Virus record (IMG/VR): IMGVR_UViG_3300000547_000001
Coordinates: 28,181-92,180 of that record
Direction: 5' to 3' (one strand)
From: a virus
Lineage: Duplodnaviria > Heunggongvirae > Uroviricota > Caudoviricetes
DNA length: 64,000 nt
The notes beneath the pieces were generated by a model. That model was not told the DNA's origin. It was given only the letters and a program-made list of their open reading frames with translations, and searched no databases. The position numbers and the translations under genes were made by a program. This document shows, piece by piece, positions 60,810 through 64,000 of this stretch (the stretch's first letter is position 1; every line of letters starts with the position of its first letter).

Positions 60810-61261
60810 CAGTTTAACTCAAAGTGTGGTCCGTCAATAAACGGTCTACGGCCTTGGCTACGACGAAGATCGATATATGCATCCATAGCATCTTGCATTG
60901 TTCCATCCCATTCACGAATATCCGGAATATGCCATGCAGCACCCCATCTCATTTTTACATCATGCTCAATAGCAGCTGCTTTAAACGCATCAGCAATGTT
61001 GTCATATAGATTCTGCTCCCAAGAAATACGAGAGCCAATATATGCAACAACATCAACCGCATCGCCTGTAAGATGCTTGGACTTCATAGTCTGAGAAGCA
61101 CCTTTAGCGACAAGCTGTCTTTGTTCTGCTACAGTACGAAGACCTTGAGTAATACCAAAATCAATCGATGTTAATTCAATAGCAGTATGAACTACTTGCA
61201 CAAGCTCAGGCTTTACACCCTCAAGCTCCCTTAATGATCTCTTTGATAATCTAAATCCCAT
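60809..61261 (-). CDS. endolysin, peptidase M15 (VanY/L-alanyl-D-glutamate peptidase-like)
   Basis: 150 aa. SKHLTGDAVDV ... DGPHFEL, matching the H ... D ... H zinc-ligand pattern of M15 peptidoglycan peptidases. Followed by spanins. Confidence 0.65.
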   Translation of the reverse strand: MGFRLSKRSLRELEGVKPELVQVVHTAIELTSIDFGITQGLRTVAEQRQLVAKGASQTMKSKHLTGDAVDVVAYIGSRISWEQNLYDNIADAFKAAAIEHDVKMRWGAAWHIPDIREWDGTMQDAMDAYIDLRRSQGRRPFIDGPHFELN

Positions 61262-61378
61262 TTTATTTACTCCACATTTTCATTACTTTTTCTTGAATAT
61301 ACTTTGCCCAAAATGGTTGTGGGAAATTCCATCCAACAAATGCACCCACCGCAACCCAAAATAGAATATCTACCATAT
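61262..61378 (-). CDS. tiny TM peptide (38 aa) directly upstream of the endolysin (holin/antiholin candidate)
   Basis: MVDILFWVAVGAFVGWNFPQPFWAKYIQEKVMKMWSK with a GAGGAGAG RBS. Its stop overlaps the endolysin ATG (TAAAATGG). Confidence 0.3.
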
Positions 61379-61387
61379 TATCTCTCC

Positions 61388-64000
61388 TCAATATTTGATT
61401 ACTTTATTTGGTGTCTTAAAGTTTTTCTTTCTCATAATAGTCTTCATCACAACATCGAATTCATCGTTCTTAGAATCGTACTCAACAGCGACTGGAATAT
61501 TTAGATCCGACTGAAGATCTTTAATAACAGCCTCTGCTCCTGCTACTCCTTTAATAGACTTACCTTGTTTTTTGTAAATCTTTTTAATAAAATCAGCAAG
61601 TTCTTGCATTTTAATACATGGGTCATTACGATCATCACCCATACGATCACCAAAGTGTTTTGTGAATTTAAAGTCTATGTTAAACTTTTCAAACATACGA
61701 TCAACAAACTTTTCAAACGCTTTAATTTGTTGCATACCTACGAGATCACAGGCCTTTTGTTCAAATAAAGATTCAAATTCTTCGTTTACTTTTTTCTTTT
61801 TTTCTTGGCCTGGAGTGTCTTTACGATAACGATTAGCAAGCTCATCGGTTCCCCACTCACCAGCGCCGTGCTCTTCAGGTACACAGTTTGGTACTTCTTT
61901 ACCATTTTTCTTTTTAGTACCTACCTGTTTATAACCTTTCCAGCATGGTCCTTTTTCTTCCTGTACACTTTGTGCTTTAATCCATTCACGAGCTGAAGAA
62001 GACTCTGGCTTTTTCTTTGACCAAACCATAAGCTTTTTATATACTGACATTACGTCAGATTCGAAATCAGATCCTTCAGAGTTATCAACAATAAACATTT
62101 TATTACGGAAGAATCTTTGGAACTTACCAAGGTTCTTTTGAACTTCGTTCCACATTGATTTTACTTCATCATCAGGTAAGGAACGAGCTCTCATTTGATT
62201 ACGCTTAAGTGCTGTATCCTGATCGGTATTAACAAAAATCATTGCTACTTCATATCCAAGGTCACGAAGCCTATTTGCCTGTTTTTCAATCTTAGCATAA
62301 TCTTTACCTGTACCATCAATTACAAGCCCAAGGCGCCCTTCAAGAGCAAGCTCAAGTTGTTTACCTGTAAGTGCCTTTGCGCCTTTGCGAAGTTCCTGAC
62401 CCTTTGGTGAATAGATATTTTCCGGAGTTGCTTCAAGATTTGCCTTGGCTAAAGCTCTTTCGAAAGCATTATCTGAATTAATAAGTTTAAATCCAAGAGC
62501 GGTTAATGCAGTTTTACCAACAATAAATGATTTACCAGATCCTGGTCCACCAGCTAGGAATACCGCTTTAAAGATTGCAGGGTCATTTACGCCTTCTTCA
62601 AGTTCAAGATGCTCTTTAAATCCATATTTCTTACGAAGAGCTGATCCTGATCCAACACTCTTTTTCTTTGGCTCGCCATACTTATCAATGTATGCTCTTT
62701 CAAGTTCACGTCCAGACTTATCAACACCTTTTGCACGAGAAACTTGATATGCGATGTCTCCAAGCTCAACACCACCCATTACATGCTTATGGATAGCCGC
62801 AAGAGCTTTATCCATAATAGATGCTTCCATAAGCTCAAACTGTTCATTCAAATCAAAGAAAGAATCGAGTTCAACTTCTTCTTTACGTACCTTTGCGGCA
62901 AGGTCTTTGTCTGCCTTACCCCAAGTACCTTTACTCTTTGTTGCAAAGCTATTTACACGAGCCATACCCCACTGAGAAGGTGTAGTACCAGGACGGTGAC
63001 CTGTACGCCATGCTGCAACACCGCGATCATATACCTTTTTAAGAACGCCATAAGAGATGCCGGTCTTATCAGCTTTCTTTTGAAGCGCGGTCTTTACTTT
63101 GCTTTCATCGAGCTGAAGTGATTCATGAATCTCGTCTACAAGATTCAAAAGATCCTTATCATTTTCAAGTGCAATCTCTTCTTTCATTTTGTTCTGACGA
63201 GAAGTTTTATTACGAACCGCACGAACCTTTGCCCGATCAAGTTCACGTTCATGGTCAGAGCGAAGACGATTCTTTTCAGCTTTATGTTGATCCTTAAGAC
63301 GATCAATTTCAGGTGAAGTTTGTTCAGCTACTTTACGATTGAACTTAAAGCGCTTATCAAACTTTACTTTACCGTCTTTCTTTAAAAGCTCGTGAAACCT
63401 TTTACGCGGTTTTGTGTCACGCATTGTTGCCTCTTCTATTTCTTCGCCATACATTTTACGAAATTTTTTAGTATGCTTTGACTCTTTTGTCTTTGCACCT
63501 TTATCACCTGGTGCTGGCTTATATGCAGCTGGATTATCATCATCCATTTTTGCACCACGTTCAAAGTGTGCTTTACGTGCATCCTTTTTATCTTTCGGAA
63601 CACCTTTGTAATAATCTTCTCTTTGAAGTCTTTTTTCTTCTTTATCAGAACGTTTCTCAGCACCCTTATCAATAGCTTTTTGATACTTTTTGTCTTTGTA
63701 TTCTTTTGGTGTAGGAACATCAATGTCGGCTCTATCAGCAACCATCTTTCCTTCACCTGATGGATTGACTTCACCTTTATCGACCATCATCATACCAGTC
63801 TTTTCAAAAAGAGCTTCAAACTCTTCATTAACTCTACGACCAGCAAGACGCTCACGCTCAGTTTTACGAACCTTTGGCATCAGTCTTTTTGCAAGACGTT
63901 CTATTTGTCTTTGGCGCTTTTGTACCTTACGATCAATAGCCGACTTTTCAGCAGGTGTAAGTTCACTATATGACTTACCCTTCTTACCCGCAACGTTTTT
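61388..64000 (-). CDS. very large Lys-rich protein with a central P-loop (AAA_33/zeta-toxin-like kinase) domain. Its 5' end extends beyond the window.
   Basis: More than 870 aa; the reading frame stays open upstream of the track's M at 63880 through 64000. Walker A FLAGGPGSGKSF. Conserved block GISYGVLKKVYDRGVAAWRTGHRPGTTPSQWGMARVNSF. Long KE/KK-rich low-complexity flanks. Confidence 0.5.
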   Translation of the reverse strand, partial: KNVAGKKGKSYSELTPAEKSAIDRKVQKRQRQIERLAKRLMPKVRKTERERLAGRRVNEEFEALFEKTGMMMVDKGEVNPSGEGKMVADRADIDVPTPKEYKDKKYQKAIDKGAEKRSDKEEKRLQREDYYKGVPKDKKDARKAHFERGAKMDDDNPAAYKPAPGDKGAKTKESKHTKKFRKMYGEEIEEATMRDTKPRKRFHELLKKDGKVKFDKRFKFNRKVAEQTSPEIDRLKDQHKAEKNRLRSDHERELDRAKVRAVRNKTSRQNKMKEEIALENDKDLLNLVDEIHESLQLDESKVKTALQKKADKTGISYGVLKKVYDRGVAAWRTGHRPGTTPSQWGMARVNSFATKSKGTWGKADKDLAAKVRKEEVELDSFFDLNEQFELMEASIMDKALAAIHKHVMGGVELGDIAYQVSRAKGVDKSGRELERAYIDKYGEPKKKSVGSGSALRKKYGFKEHLELEEGVNDPAIFKAVFLAGGPGSGKSFIVGKTALTALGFKLINSDNAFERALAKANLEATPENIYSPKGQELRKGAKALTGKQLELALEGRLGLVIDGTGKDYAKIEKQANRLRDLGYEVAMIFVNTDQDTALKRNQMRARSLPDDEVKSMWNEVQKNLGKFQRFFRNKMFIVDNSEGSDFESDVMSVYKKLMVWSKKKPESSSAREWIKAQSVQEEKGPCWKGYKQVGTKKKNGKEVPNCVPEEHGAGEWGTDELANRYRKDTPGQEKKKKVNEEFESLFEQKACDLVGMQQIKAFEKFVDRMFEKFNIDFKFTKHFGDRMGDDRNDPCIKMQELADFIKKIYKKQGKSIKGVAGAEAVIKDLQSDLNIPVAVEYDSKNDEFDVVMKTIMRKKNFKTPNKVIKY

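Noticed and set aside
1-64000. CRISPR arrays, integrase/attachment sites, transposases
   Set aside because: No direct-repeat/spacer arrays were seen. The repeats present are promoter cassettes and tRNA-derived. No tyrosine or serine recombinase signatures were noticed in any ORF. The phage appears strictly lytic (T4-like).

Overview
This window is a piece of a T4-like myophage genome (Tevenvirinae-type gene content; roughly 38-40% GC by eye, not computed). It carries three modules.

(1) Bases 1-8.9 kb hold a baseplate/tail module on both strands: the 5' part of gp5 (OB-fold plus beta-helix, no lysozyme domain), a gp27-like hub protein with a C-terminal lysozyme-like domain, gp53, two gp19-fold tail-tube-family proteins (gp48/gp54-like), the gp4 head-completion protein and a gp29-like tape-measure/hub protein. 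Divergent TATAAATA late promoters drive the two arms.

(2) Bases 9.3-51.5 kb hold a long minus-strand early/middle region. It opens with gp32 SSB, the gp59 helicase loader and a positional gp33. Dozens of small ORFs follow, punctuated by about 20 near-identical sigma70-like early promoter cassettes of the form A-tract, TTGACATTC, 17 bp, TAGATT/TATAAT, then a conserved AAAGGAAACACT ATG leader. Recognisable genes are: a SleB-like wall hydrolase, a DUF932-like protein, a SprT-like peptidase, a PD-(D/E)xK nuclease translationally coupled to a PAAR protein, PhoH, a 5'(3')-deoxyribonucleotidase, RNase H, a GT4-like glycosyltransferase, an NrdC-like glutaredoxin, RNA ligase 1, a Pnk split into separate phosphatase and kinase genes, an SPFH/band-7 lipoprotein, a metallophosphoesterase, a SAM methyltransferase, a DEDDh exonuclease, a GIY-YIG homing endonuclease, and a staphylococcal-nuclease-like protein. 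A large tRNA island at about 41.7-50.0 kb holds about 27 tRNAs plus several degenerate tRNA-like elements.

(3) Bases 51.8-64 kb hold an HNH homing endonuclease on the plus strand, a class II RNR (NrdJ-like), ThyA, DHFR, gp61 primase, a lysis cassette (M15 endolysin with embedded i/o-spanins), and the start of a very large lysine-rich P-loop protein that runs off the window.

The most unusual element is an apparently circularly permuted (two-piece) tmRNA/ssrA-like gene at 11.96-12.35 kb on the minus strand. It encodes a canonical tag peptide ANINAEPVALAA followed by a stop codon. This feature, a tRNA-His without an encoded G-1 and with A73, and the class II RNR together point (by inference only) to a marine or alphaproteobacterial host.

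All coordinates for RNA genes and promoters were read by eye and may be off by a few bases.
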